Source: a virus
Taxonomy: Duplodnaviria; Caudoviricetes
Reading direction: 5' to 3' (one strand)
Virus record (IMG/VR): IMGVR_UViG_3300033153_005598
Coordinates: 1-32,943 of that record
Length of the DNA stretch: 32,943 nucleotides
The translations under genes and the position numbers were made by a program. Positions 7,913-16,574 of the stretch are shown here, piece after piece. The first letter of the stretch is position 1. Each line of letters opens with the position of its first letter. A model generated the notes under the pieces. It saw nothing but the letters and a program-made list of their open reading frames with translations. It had not been told where the DNA came from and ran no database searches.

Positions 7913-8081
7913 ATTTTTTCTCCGCATCTCGGCAGGCGCGGTCGGCATCATCTTCTTGGTCAAAATAACCGACGTATATTTGCCTTCCGTCAACCCAGAT
8001 TCGGCCCTGCCATTTCTTATCGCGATAGTGCCAACAGACGCCCCTGTAGATTGAGCTTCCATTTCTCCCAAGCCCCTCCAT
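7881..8081 (-). CDS. stand-alone AP2 DNA-binding domain protein
   Basis: SSIYRGVCWHYRDKKWQGRIWVDGRQIYVGYFDQEDDADRA is the AP2 signature; no HNH domain attached. Confidence 0.8.
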   Translation of the reverse strand: MEGLGRNGSSIYRGVCWHYRDKKWQGRIWVDGRQIYVGYFDQEDDADRACRDAEKKYETRVSQRDA

Positions 8082-8095
8082 GATAGTTTCCCCCT

Positions 8096-8857
8096 CTATA
8101 TAACTTTCTCGTATTCCCTCTTGACTACAATTCTTAGGGGCATTATAAACTTCTGAATATCTACCTTCTCTTTAGAGACCTCAAACAATAACAAGCCTAT
8201 ATCATAATAGAAAGGTCTGCATTTCCGCCCAAACACGTTTAGGGGCACCTGGAAACATGGTGTGGAGATAGCCACCTTATTCGCGCTTTCCATGCGGGTA
8301 AAATAGTGAATGTGACTCCGCACTGTAAAATCTGCCGCCTCCCTATCCTCAAAGGTGGCCCTCATCATGTCCCGGACGGCTTCCTTAAATAACTGCGTAC
8401 CTTGTCCATAGGGAGTGGTGCTATTACCTACGACGTGTCTAAAATTAAATTTCCATTCTTCTATATGCAATAATTGTGTGTCTTTGATAGATCCGTTTAA
8501 AGCGTCGGCTAAGGGTTCCTCATAATTATAAGAACCTACAGAATGAAAAGGCGAACCAAATGTGAGATACCAGCGGTTTGTCTTGATTTTTTCAAACACG
8601 GTTTCGGCGATTTCTACCTGTTTCATCGTATCGGTCGTTAACTGCTCGATATCTTCTCTTTTGCCTTCTCCGTCTAGGCCGTCACCATTTAAGACGGCCA
8701 CATCCACCGGGCCTATGTCTTTTATCGTTTTCTCGTACCAGTCCCACATCGGTTTTAGTACCATAGCCGTATCGGGAGGTATCCATTCGGGGGGTGTTAG
8801 ACCCAACCGACTACCTATATGGGTATCTGCTATCACCAATATCCGTTTTGTTTTCAT
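8096..8857 (-). CDS. metallophosphoesterase-fold protein
   Basis: IADTHIG, NGDGLDG, GSPFH, FRH and RSHIH motifs. Confidence 0.75.
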   Translation of the reverse strand: MKTKRILVIADTHIGSRLGLTPPEWIPPDTAMVLKPMWDWYEKTIKDIGPVDVAVLNGDGLDGEGKREDIEQLTTDTMKQVEIAETVFEKIKTNRWYLTFGSPFHSVGSYNYEEPLADALNGSIKDTQLLHIEEWKFNFRHVVGNSTTPYGQGTQLFKEAVRDMMRATFEDREAADFTVRSHIHYFTRMESANKVAISTPCFQVPLNVFGRKCRPFYYDIGLLLFEVSKEKVDIQKFIMPLRIVVKREYEKVI

Positions 8858-8866
8858 GTACGCCTC

Positions 8867-9286
8867 CTATCGGAGAAGTTTGAATATCCTCTTACTAATT
8901 AGGCGCCCTTCTGTCACGGCCCTGCTCACGCCCCAAGGGTCGTAAGCCACATGGCCTTTCCCGTCTCCCGTTACAAAATGCCTCCAACCTCCTTTTTTGA
9001 ACATGAGAATCTCTATTTCGTCTTTTTTGCAATCTTGGTTAGGCGGCAAATGCTGGTCATAATAATACACGGGTAGACCCATGAAATCGAATATTGCCGC
9101 TGGATCTCGAATATAGGCATCCTCTTCCATGAAACCCCGGTCAATTAGAATCTGGAATATTTCGTTGATCATCCCCGTGCTGATCTCGCAATTGGTATAT
9201 TTATTGACAAGGAAAAGGATAGATAGCAAATAGCAACCGTAACGCCGGATGGTAGGATTTAGGCGTGGGTCACGCTGGAGTATCAT
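8867..9286 (-). CDS. DUF261-like papain/C39-type Cys peptidase, candidate endolysin
   Basis: ILQRD...RYGCY, HFV and YDP give a putative Cys-His-Asp triad; located directly after the tail genes. Confidence 0.6.
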   Translation of the reverse strand: MILQRDPRLNPTIRRYGCYLLSILFLVNKYTNCEISTGMINEIFQILIDRGFMEEDAYIRDPAAIFDFMGLPVYYYDQHLPPNQDCKKDEIEILMFKKGGWRHFVTGDGKGHVAYDPWGVSRAVTEGRLISKRIFKLLR

Positions 9287-9299
9287 AATCGTACCTCTA

Positions 9300-9328
9300 T
9301 TTATAACATAGATTTATCTTTTTGTCAA
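9300..9328 (-). promoter_or_regulatory. sigma70-type promoter
   Basis: TTGACA-N17-TATAAA upstream of 8867..9286. Confidence 0.75.
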
Positions 9329-9333
9329 GACGT

Positions 9334-9537
9334 TTATTCCTGTAGGGTTTCAACCAAGGATTCAATATTATTTACTTTTTCTTCTATCCTATATAATATC
9401 GGGATGATTTGATCTATTAGGCGCTCGGTTCGGTTCAACCGGGCATTAACCTGGCCAAAGGCAAAACCGCCTAACAAAACAACTAAGGCAAGAACAATAG
9501 TAAGAATTTTAGGTAGTACACTTGGCTTCTCGTTCAT
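9334..9537 (-). CDS. single-TM coiled-coil protein (lysis accessory candidate)
   Basis: ILTIVLALVVLLGGFAFG then heptad-like C-terminus. Confidence 0.65.
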   Translation of the reverse strand: MNEKPSVLPKILTIVLALVVLLGGFAFGQVNARLNRTERLIDQIIPILYRIEEKVNNIESLVETLQE

Positions 9538-9562
9538 TTATTTTCCTTATCTTTTCCAGATT

Positions 9563-9811
9563 TCATTTTGTCATTTTCGCCTCTATCATTTTGTTTTCCA
9601 ACTTCGCCAACCTGGACTCAAGCTTGGCTATTTTCACGTCTCTCGGATCAAGGGACTCTACATAATCTTTGCCCCCGGGTTCCATGTCTCGGATGTGCTG
9701 CGGAATCTTATCAACGATAACAAATCCGGCATCGAGCTTAGCTTGGTCCACCTTCCGCCCCACAGGGCTGTATTCAACTCCGTCTGGATATTCTTTCAAG
9801 TAAAATCTCAT
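9563..9811 (-). CDS. hypothetical protein downstream of tail fibre (possible assembly chaperone)
   Basis: ATGA overlap with the tail fibre stop; C-terminal coiled coil. Confidence 0.65.
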   Translation of the reverse strand: MRFYLKEYPDGVEYSPVGRKVDQAKLDAGFVIVDKIPQHIRDMEPGGKDYVESLDPRDVKIAKLESRLAKLENKMIEAKMTK

Positions 9812-10977
9812 AATAAGTACTCCACGGGATAAGCGACATAGATATCTGTGCCGGTATCTGTGACAGCGAACTGAGCCTTATAGCCACTGCTTAACCAAAT
9901 TTCCATCAATCTGCGACCACCCCAGCCAATCTGATGAGACTCCTCACCGCTCGCGCCAGGTGTATTGGAGATGTTAGTATCGCCAGATTTCCGATAAAAT
10001 AAATAACTTGCTACTGTTAGTTGCACGATGTTTACCCGCACCGCCTTCGTCCCGACAGGCACCACGCTGGAAAAGTCTACTTCCAGCCCACCTGGGGTAA
10101 ACTGATCTGCTGTCCACCCGCTGGTTTTAATGGCAAGCCAGCCGGTGGGGGGATCGGCTATTTTTACCCAACCAGTTTTCCCTGGTCCCGATATCTCGCT
10201 TCCTAACCAAATTGTTCCGTCCCCTTTAGCTGTCAAAATGAGGTCTTTGAGTGTATCAATACCGGCCGAACCTACCCATTTTTGGCCAACGGCAGCGTGG
10301 TCTTTCATCTCAGTCAGTTGATAATTAGTTGAGTTTGTAATATAGGCCCAGTCGTCAATACATGCACCGTCTTGCAGATGAAAGTGCAAAGAACTTCCGG
10401 TGGCTATTGGATGGGCAGCTATATTCACCTCAGTGCTCCAACCGTCAACTGTAAATCCCCATTTTTGTTGACCACTTACATCTCGAACAGTAAGCCCGAT
10501 ATGATGATATTGCTCAGAAAGTGCCGCTCGGTCTTGAATGGGGGAATCAGCTCCCACGATCAAACGATACCCAGTAGACGTATTGTACAAGCGCATTCCC
10601 GAGAGAGAAGAGGTCATTACACGGTTATTAGTGCCGGAACTTGCTACAGCACAAAATAAGCCTAACTCGGGAGACCAGCACACAGAATACCAAATATTAT
10701 CAGCAGCACTAGATCGAGTAGTCCAGTTAATTCCATCTGGGGAAGTCATCACCCGGTTGCCGGTACCACTATAAGCAACAGCACAAAATAAGCCTAGTTC
10801 AGGAGACCAATAAACACTAAGCCAGTTATTATCAGCAGCACTAGATCGAGTAGTCCAGTTAATTCCATCTGGGGAAGTCATCACCCGGTTGCCGGTACCA
10901 CTATAAGCAACAGCACAAAATAAGCTCAATTCGGGAGACCAGCATATAGAACTCCAAGAATTATCAGCAGCCTCCAA
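9808..10977 (-). CDS. tail fibre/receptor-binding protein, C-terminal part (after frameshift)
   Basis: Three 43-aa WSPELxLFCAVA repeats continuing those of the upstream ORF, then a beta-rich domain. Confidence 0.7.
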   Translation of the reverse strand: MEAADNSWSSICWSPELSLFCAVAYSGTGNRVMTSPDGINWTTRSSAADNNWLSVYWSPELGLFCAVAYSGTGNRVMTSPDGINWTTRSSAADNIWYSVCWSPELGLFCAVASSGTNNRVMTSSLSGMRLYNTSTGYRLIVGADSPIQDRAALSEQYHHIGLTVRDVSGQQKWGFTVDGWSTEVNIAAHPIATGSSLHFHLQDGACIDDWAYITNSTNYQLTEMKDHAAVGQKWVGSAGIDTLKDLILTAKGDGTIWLGSEISGPGKTGWVKIADPPTGWLAIKTSGWTADQFTPGGLEVDFSSVVPVGTKAVRVNIVQLTVASYLFYRKSGDTNISNTPGASGEESHQIGWGGRRLMEIWLSSGYKAQFAVTDTGTDIYVAYPVEYLL

Positions 10978-11405
10978 GAATTATCAGCAGCACTAGATCG
11001 AGTAGTCCAATTAATTCCATCTGGGGAAGTCATCACTCGATTACCGGTACCGCTATTGGCTACGGCGCAAAATAGTTCTAATTCTGGACTCCAACACACA
11101 GATTGCCAATCCTCAGCAGCAGCTGATGTCCGAATAGTCCAGTCAATCCCGTTGGAAGAGGTCATCACCCGGTCGTTTGTGCCAGTGTATGCGACTGCAC
11201 AAAATAATCCCAAGTCTGGATTCCAACACACAGAAGACCAGTTATTATCAGCAGCACTAGAGCGAGTAGTCCAGTTAATTCCATCTGGGGAAGTCATCAC
11301 TCGATTACCTGAGCCAGTATGAGAAACAGCACAAAATAAACTTAACTCAGGTGACCAGCATACAGAATGCCAATTATTGTCGGTAGCACTAGTACGAATA
11401 GTCCA
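10606..11405. repeat. six ~129-bp (43-aa) tandem repeats, beta-propeller/BNR-like blades
   Basis: WTxRxSAxDNxWxSVCWSPELxLFCAVAxSGxxNRVMTSxDGIN repeated six times. Confidence 0.9.
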
Positions 11406-12989
11406 ACTATCGCCCCCCTTAGCAATTGATAGTAATAGCTCATTGTCAGCTACGGGGGGCTTATAATGCCAACCAGCGATTCCAAAATCATTATTAGTAA
11501 TTCCTAAAGCTCCATCCTCTCTAAGCATTCCAGTCTTGCCGGTTGCGTTGGTCAGCGCCCTAGAGCCATACTTGGAATCAGCACTAAAGGCGAGATTATT
11601 CTTCGTATCCCAGGGGTCATTATCATCTTGATCTTTGTAGTCATCTTCAAAATCGAAAAACTTACCGTTTGAGAATATCTTATCTCCGAAATCAAACCCC
11701 GAGATGTCTGCCCCAGTTTTAATCAAACCCCTTGCTTGCAAATACCATTTTAACTCATCATCCCCACCGAATCGTAAAATAGTCTGCCATTCAGTCCCAT
11801 TCCATTCTTCTAATCTGAGTTCGTTCTCATCAATTATTATCCGTTGTGCCCCAGTGGAAAGAGTTGTTGAAGTTCCATCTACAGCAGTATCAAAAGAAGT
11901 AAACCCGGTAAGAGAGGCAAACAAGTCTGTTCCAGTTATTCCTGCTGCCAAAGCGATAGAAGATCCGGTTCCTTTTGTCACTGAAGTACAGCGCAAGTCG
12001 GTTCCGACTATATGCCACGCACAGTCTTGGTGGTTACTCTCTAGGAGAGATAGTAATTCACCGTAAGTTGGGGCAGTACTCGTAGTAATTGAGTATTCAG
12101 TTTGGCTTCCACCATTAACTGTTACCTTGTAATAATAAGTTGTAGAAGCTGACAGCCCACAAGCTAAAGTTTTATCAGCATCTGTCAAACCGCATTCTTG
12201 ATATCCCGCCGTATCTCCATAAGATTGAGTAACTAACCCCCCAGCTCCTACAGTAAGGCGGTCACTCACATTGGCAAAGAGTGCCTGTAGCACACTAACG
12301 GCAATTTTTGCCGTTGTGACTGCGGCGGCATCAAGTTTGGCCGTAGTAACAGAACCTGCGAGTATTTTATCCGCCGTGACAGCATCAACGGCGATCTTAT
12401 CACCGGACACTGCTCCATTCTTGATTTTATCTTCTTCTACAGCATCGTTTATAATTTTGGCCGCCGTTACCGCATCATCAAGCAGTTCGGTAGTTGTAAT
12501 AGCACTGGCTTGGATTTTATCCGTGCTTACCGAATCATCATTAAGCTGGTATTCGGATATATAAAGTTCGTCAACCTTGGCTGTAGCAAATGCATAGTCT
12601 ATTGTATTATTGTCGTCAATATGAAACTTACCTAGACATCTGTAATTATTATATTGGGGATGATAATCTGCATGGTGGGATGAATTATAGTTAGGCGCCA
12701 AAGCATCAACATGAAATATACCCGCCTCATCAAGATATACATAATAAGCACATCCCGCTACCCTGCTGTGAAGAAAATCCCCGTCTACAATAGTATAGGT
12801 TGCATCTTGAACAACTTGCTTTCCCTTTATATTGGCAACAAGAGGATCAATATCAACGTGCTCACCTGCATCTTCTTCTACAAGAGTAAGTTTCCCCCCG
12901 GAAATATACCCCAGGGGCAGCCCCTGAATTTCGCTATCTCGGCGGCTCCCGGCCCGCAGGTCCATTATGTCTTCATAGGTTCTTGCCAT
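10926..12989 (-). CDS. tail fibre/receptor-binding protein, N-terminal part
   Basis: 10-aa AVTxxKI repeats, beta-rich domains and three 43-aa repeats; ends in an out-of-frame tail after a 20-bp duplication. Confidence 0.8.
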   Translation of the reverse strand: MARTYEDIMDLRAGSRRDSEIQGLPLGYISGGKLTLVEEDAGEHVDIDPLVANIKGKQVVQDATYTIVDGDFLHSRVAGCAYYVYLDEAGIFHVDALAPNYNSSHHADYHPQYNNYRCLGKFHIDDNNTIDYAFATAKVDELYISEYQLNDDSVSTDKIQASAITTTELLDDAVTAAKIINDAVEEDKIKNGAVSGDKIAVDAVTADKILAGSVTTAKLDAAAVTTAKIAVSVLQALFANVSDRLTVGAGGLVTQSYGDTAGYQECGLTDADKTLACGLSASTTYYYKVTVNGGSQTEYSITTSTAPTYGELLSLLESNHQDCAWHIVGTDLRCTSVTKGTGSSIALAAGITGTDLFASLTGFTSFDTAVDGTSTTLSTGAQRIIIDENELRLEEWNGTEWQTILRFGGDDELKWYLQARGLIKTGADISGFDFGDKIFSNGKFFDFEDDYKDQDDNDPWDTKNNLAFSADSKYGSRALTNATGKTGMLREDGALGITNNDFGIAGWHYKPPVADNELLLSIAKGGDSWTIRTSATDNNWHSVCWSPELSLFCAVSHTGSGNRVMTSPDGINWTTRSSAADNNWSSVCWNPDLGLFCAVAYTGTNDRVMTSSNGIDWTIRTSAAAEDWQSVCWSPELELFCAVANSGTGNRVMTSPDGINWTTRSSAADNSWRLLIILGVLYAGLPN
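10952..10991. repeat. 20-bp perfect tandem duplication causing frameshift
   Basis: ctccaagaattatcagcagc at 10952-10971 and 10972-10991. Confidence 0.95.
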
Positions 12990-15900
12990 TACAATCCTAA
13001 CCTCTTTTGGCGCTTGATACTGCGCTTGATATATTCCGCCTTTCTCTTGGAATATCCAGGTAATCTTTTCATCTGTTTGTATCGCTCTTCTTCGGCTGTT
13101 TTCAATACATCCCGAGCCTCGTATTGGCGCTGTTCCTCGATATCCAACGTCTTCATTTTGACGCCTAAATAGAAAGAAAGTATCTGAAATACTTCTTCTA
13201 TCTGCTCATCCGCCTTCTCGTAATCTCCTACCGCACCGGCTTTGTTCTTCACTTCCTGCAAGGCGGGAAATATAGCTTCGGGTAGGTCAAAGTATTGCGG
13301 GATTCGTTTCAGAAACAGGACGTTGTTTTCGAGTGCTTTCACAACTAGGGGATTGAGAGTCAATTGGCCCTCTTCGTTTACATCCGGGTCAAGCCCCCGC
13401 TCCCATCCGGCCAGACGTAAAAATCCGTCAAGCCAAGTTAAAATCCTGGCATCTCCGTCTTTGCCCGCCAAAATACGCATCAGACGCGGAGAGGAAAGGT
13501 TATCATCAAGGGGAGTACCTTTAAACACATCACGCCTACCCACCATTTCAACGGCCGTCTTGATCAAAGGATGGGCGTTTGAGACAACATCTCGCAATAT
13601 TTCATCCCCGCCCCATTTCGGTACAGGAATCCCCCCGGTGCTCATCTCAAACTTCAAGGGGATCTTGTTAACGTCCATATAAGGGGTGTTGGGCCAGAAC
13701 ATCTTGGCCTCGCCCTCTTCCACCTCAAAAGGAATATACCCCAAATCCCGCATCCAGTTCGGCATCTCTGATTTCTCTACCCCGGGAGCCCCTTTGCTAA
13801 GCTTGGGGATCATACTATACATTTCTCTAAAGTCAAACATGCCCTGAATTTGGTTTGCTAGGTTGAGGCGAATCCAACTGTAGAATGGGATTATGTTTTT
13901 CATTACCTTTTGCTCGAAGGGACTAAGATCATCATAGTCCAAGAACCATTTCTTCGCCTGCAAAGATGCGTATTCCATAGCAGTCTCCGGGGCACTGCCT
14001 TGCTTGAGGGCTCGTTTGTAATCAAGCATGAAGGAATGAAACCTTGCGGTATTTTCAACATACATAGAAAGGGCATAACTACCCTGCAAAAGACCAAACT
14101 CTTTGCTCATAGGATTTATTTTTTTAAAGGCATCACCTTGTTTTAGTACGCCCTCTAGTGTTTTAGGCGCATCAAACCCCATGACATGGCGAGCGATAAC
14201 CCCCTTGCGGGTAGCATATGCTGCCAATTCTTCCAGGCTTTTCCCCCCATATATCCGGGACAAAATGCCTGTTGCCGTGGCCTCGTCAACTCCTTCGGCA
14301 ACAAGTTTCTTGAAAGCATTTTTTCTTTCAAGCCCCGCTATGGTCCCGGCCCATGCTTCAAAATTATCTCTTGGATTAAACCATTCCGCACCGTGTTTAA
14401 GAATTCCCGTGACGTTGTTCGAATAATGGTTTCTCCAGTGAAACCCCGGAGAGGCAGTCGCCCATGCTTTCCACCAAGCGGTAAAAGACCCAATCCACTG
14501 TGCGGCGGTTCGCAAAGTCTCGTCACTTGCTGTAATTTTTATAGCCTTTCCCAATATTTCGGATGTTTCCTTGTCAAACAAGTATCCTTCTAGCGCATCA
14601 TCAGGGATTGCTTGTAGGCCAAACTGTTGCAAAACGGTTTGATTATTAACCATGATCCGGGCAAGCTCGTCATCCATTTCAGCAGCCTGTTTCAGATTAA
14701 AACCCATTTCCCGGATTTGTTTTATGATAGAAGCTCTTTGTTCTAGGCGCGCTTGGGCCATGCCACGACCTAACAACATTTGATAAAGGTCTGTTTGGAG
14801 ATCTCCCGCTCCTTCCCTTACCAGTGATTGAGCTGCTTCGTCGCTGATCTCGGGGAAAATAAACTTGAGTTTGGCCGCCTCGCTAGCAATATTCTCTTCA
14901 AATCCTGCGGTACGGGCAAACAAGAATCCGGGATGCCTGGCTGTAATTGGGGTAGGCGCTTTTTTGTAGAACCCCGTGCCTGTTCTACGGACCGGAAGGT
15001 AATTCTCAATCTCCCCAACCTCTTTGATAATCCCGTCTTGCACGAGTTCTTCCAGTCTTTTGCGCCACATGGCCGTTAGATTATTGATAGAAGCGACAGT
15101 CTCTACCACAAGATCAATCTTGTCCGTCGCTACTCCCATTTCAAGGGCCATTTTGCGAAAGTCTACCGCCTCCCCCTGAGCCGTTATTAACAACTCTCGT
15201 ACCGCCCGCATACTGTTTTCATCTAAGGGCTTTAATAGATCCACCAAACCCTGTTGTGTACGAGCTATGGTATCGGTTGTAGCTGCTTTAGCGTCCTGGA
15301 CCGTGCGGGCTAAGATTTCCTGGTAAGGATTGCGGATATTGAACATCTTTTTCAGCTTCCCTACCACGCCTTTGTTCATCATAGCCCACCAGGCATCAGA
15401 GAAATACCCACCTATCTTGCTTTTCTCAGTCCACCATTTACCTAGATTATCCCAGGCTTTCAGTATTTCTGGATACCGTTCACTTATGGCAAACTCTTTC
15501 CGCATGAATCGGGCCGCCCTGGTTCCCGCACCGGCATATGCACCTTTCTGCACTGACTCGGCTAATTCGTCTAGATATTTCAAACCGGTAACAGCTTCCT
15601 TTTTACTTACGTAACCGGCGACATGCTCATTAATCAGATCAGAAAGTCCTTTTGCGGGTCCATAGTCTGCATATTCTTTCGCCAGGTTTCTGATCTGGCG
15701 CTGTATACCCTCCTGCACTTTCTTGGCCGGGACTATCCGGGCCTCTGTTATCCTGCCTAGAGCTTTCTCTCGCAACTCTTTCTCGGGCAATCTTAGAGCT
15801 TCTTTCTTGGCCGCCTTTGTCACCTTTGCCATATGTTGAGAGATATCAACACCTACATTCTTTTGGAGTAATCGTAAGGCTTCTTGGGGATTTTTTATAG

Positions 15901-16564
15901 CTAGGCGCTCGATACGTTCTGCAAGCTCGGACCCGCCCTTGCGGGCAAGTTTGGCTAATGTCTCGGGATTTTTGACAAATTGTTTTATAGTTAGGCGCGC
16001 AACGTCGTCGGCATACTTTGTCGCGGCAGCACGGGCTGCGGTAGTAGGTCCAAAACCTATATATGTAGTAGGATCTAAAAAGATGTTAGCAGCAAGTCCG
16101 GCCAGGCCCCGGCCCGTTGCCCCAATGATGGGTTTTCCTTTAGCCCATTTGCCAAGAACGGGCTTCTCCCATCTTTCTTTGTCTATGTCTTTGAAAAGCC
16201 CCTCGAATTCTTCTCCGCCTACATCCTTGCCGCCAAACAGAACATTCTCCCAGTCACCTTTCTCTTTGCCTGTTAGGCCCTCCCATGCTTCCCGAGCCAC
16301 ACCTTTCAGTGCGGGTTCACCCTCCCGGAGGTTGCGGATAATTTGTTCTGCGGTATTGGCGGTTACATATTGCCCCCTTTGAAGGAGGTCAAAGATCGCT
16401 TCAATGGGCTTGAGCCAGTTTCGCTTACGTTCTCGTTTGGCTTGCTCTGCCCGTACGTAAGGGATTGTCTCCCGTTCGGCCTGAGTCAAATTGCGCCGAG
16501 CGGTAGGAGATGTGTATCTTTTTATTCGTTCGTGGATCTTTGATAGGGGACTTACATAGTACAT
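12989..16564 (-). CDS. large internal virion / DNA-ejection protein
   Basis: 1191 aa, helical; SPGFHWRN and IPFYSW motifs typical of large podophage internal proteins; lies between nozzle and fibre. Confidence 0.65.
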   Translation of the reverse strand: MYYVSPLSKIHERIKRYTSPTARRNLTQAERETIPYVRAEQAKRERKRNWLKPIEAIFDLLQRGQYVTANTAEQIIRNLREGEPALKGVAREAWEGLTGKEKGDWENVLFGGKDVGGEEFEGLFKDIDKERWEKPVLGKWAKGKPIIGATGRGLAGLAANIFLDPTTYIGFGPTTAARAAATKYADDVARLTIKQFVKNPETLAKLARKGGSELAERIERLAIKNPQEALRLLQKNVGVDISQHMAKVTKAAKKEALRLPEKELREKALGRITEARIVPAKKVQEGIQRQIRNLAKEYADYGPAKGLSDLINEHVAGYVSKKEAVTGLKYLDELAESVQKGAYAGAGTRAARFMRKEFAISERYPEILKAWDNLGKWWTEKSKIGGYFSDAWWAMMNKGVVGKLKKMFNIRNPYQEILARTVQDAKAATTDTIARTQQGLVDLLKPLDENSMRAVRELLITAQGEAVDFRKMALEMGVATDKIDLVVETVASINNLTAMWRKRLEELVQDGIIKEVGEIENYLPVRRTGTGFYKKAPTPITARHPGFLFARTAGFEENIASEAAKLKFIFPEISDEAAQSLVREGAGDLQTDLYQMLLGRGMAQARLEQRASIIKQIREMGFNLKQAAEMDDELARIMVNNQTVLQQFGLQAIPDDALEGYLFDKETSEILGKAIKITASDETLRTAAQWIGSFTAWWKAWATASPGFHWRNHYSNNVTGILKHGAEWFNPRDNFEAWAGTIAGLERKNAFKKLVAEGVDEATATGILSRIYGGKSLEELAAYATRKGVIARHVMGFDAPKTLEGVLKQGDAFKKINPMSKEFGLLQGSYALSMYVENTARFHSFMLDYKRALKQGSAPETAMEYASLQAKKWFLDYDDLSPFEQKVMKNIIPFYSWIRLNLANQIQGMFDFREMYSMIPKLSKGAPGVEKSEMPNWMRDLGYIPFEVEEGEAKMFWPNTPYMDVNKIPLKFEMSTGGIPVPKWGGDEILRDVVSNAHPLIKTAVEMVGRRDVFKGTPLDDNLSSPRLMRILAGKDGDARILTWLDGFLRLAGWERGLDPDVNEEGQLTLNPLVVKALENNVLFLKRIPQYFDLPEAIFPALQEVKNKAGAVGDYEKADEQIEEVFQILSFYLGVKMKTLDIEEQRQYEARDVLKTAEEERYKQMKRLPGYSKRKAEYIKRSIKRQKRLGL

Positions 16565-16574
16565 TAGTTATCCC

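Noticed and set aside
7913-8071. N-terminal extension of the 221-aa phosphoesterase ORF
   Set aside because: It overlaps the AP2 gene in another frame; the catalytic motifs begin only after ATG 7912
9808-12989. Diversity-generating retroelement acting on the tail fibre
   Set aside because: No reverse transcriptase in the window, no non-coding template repeat, and the repeat differences are not confined to adenines
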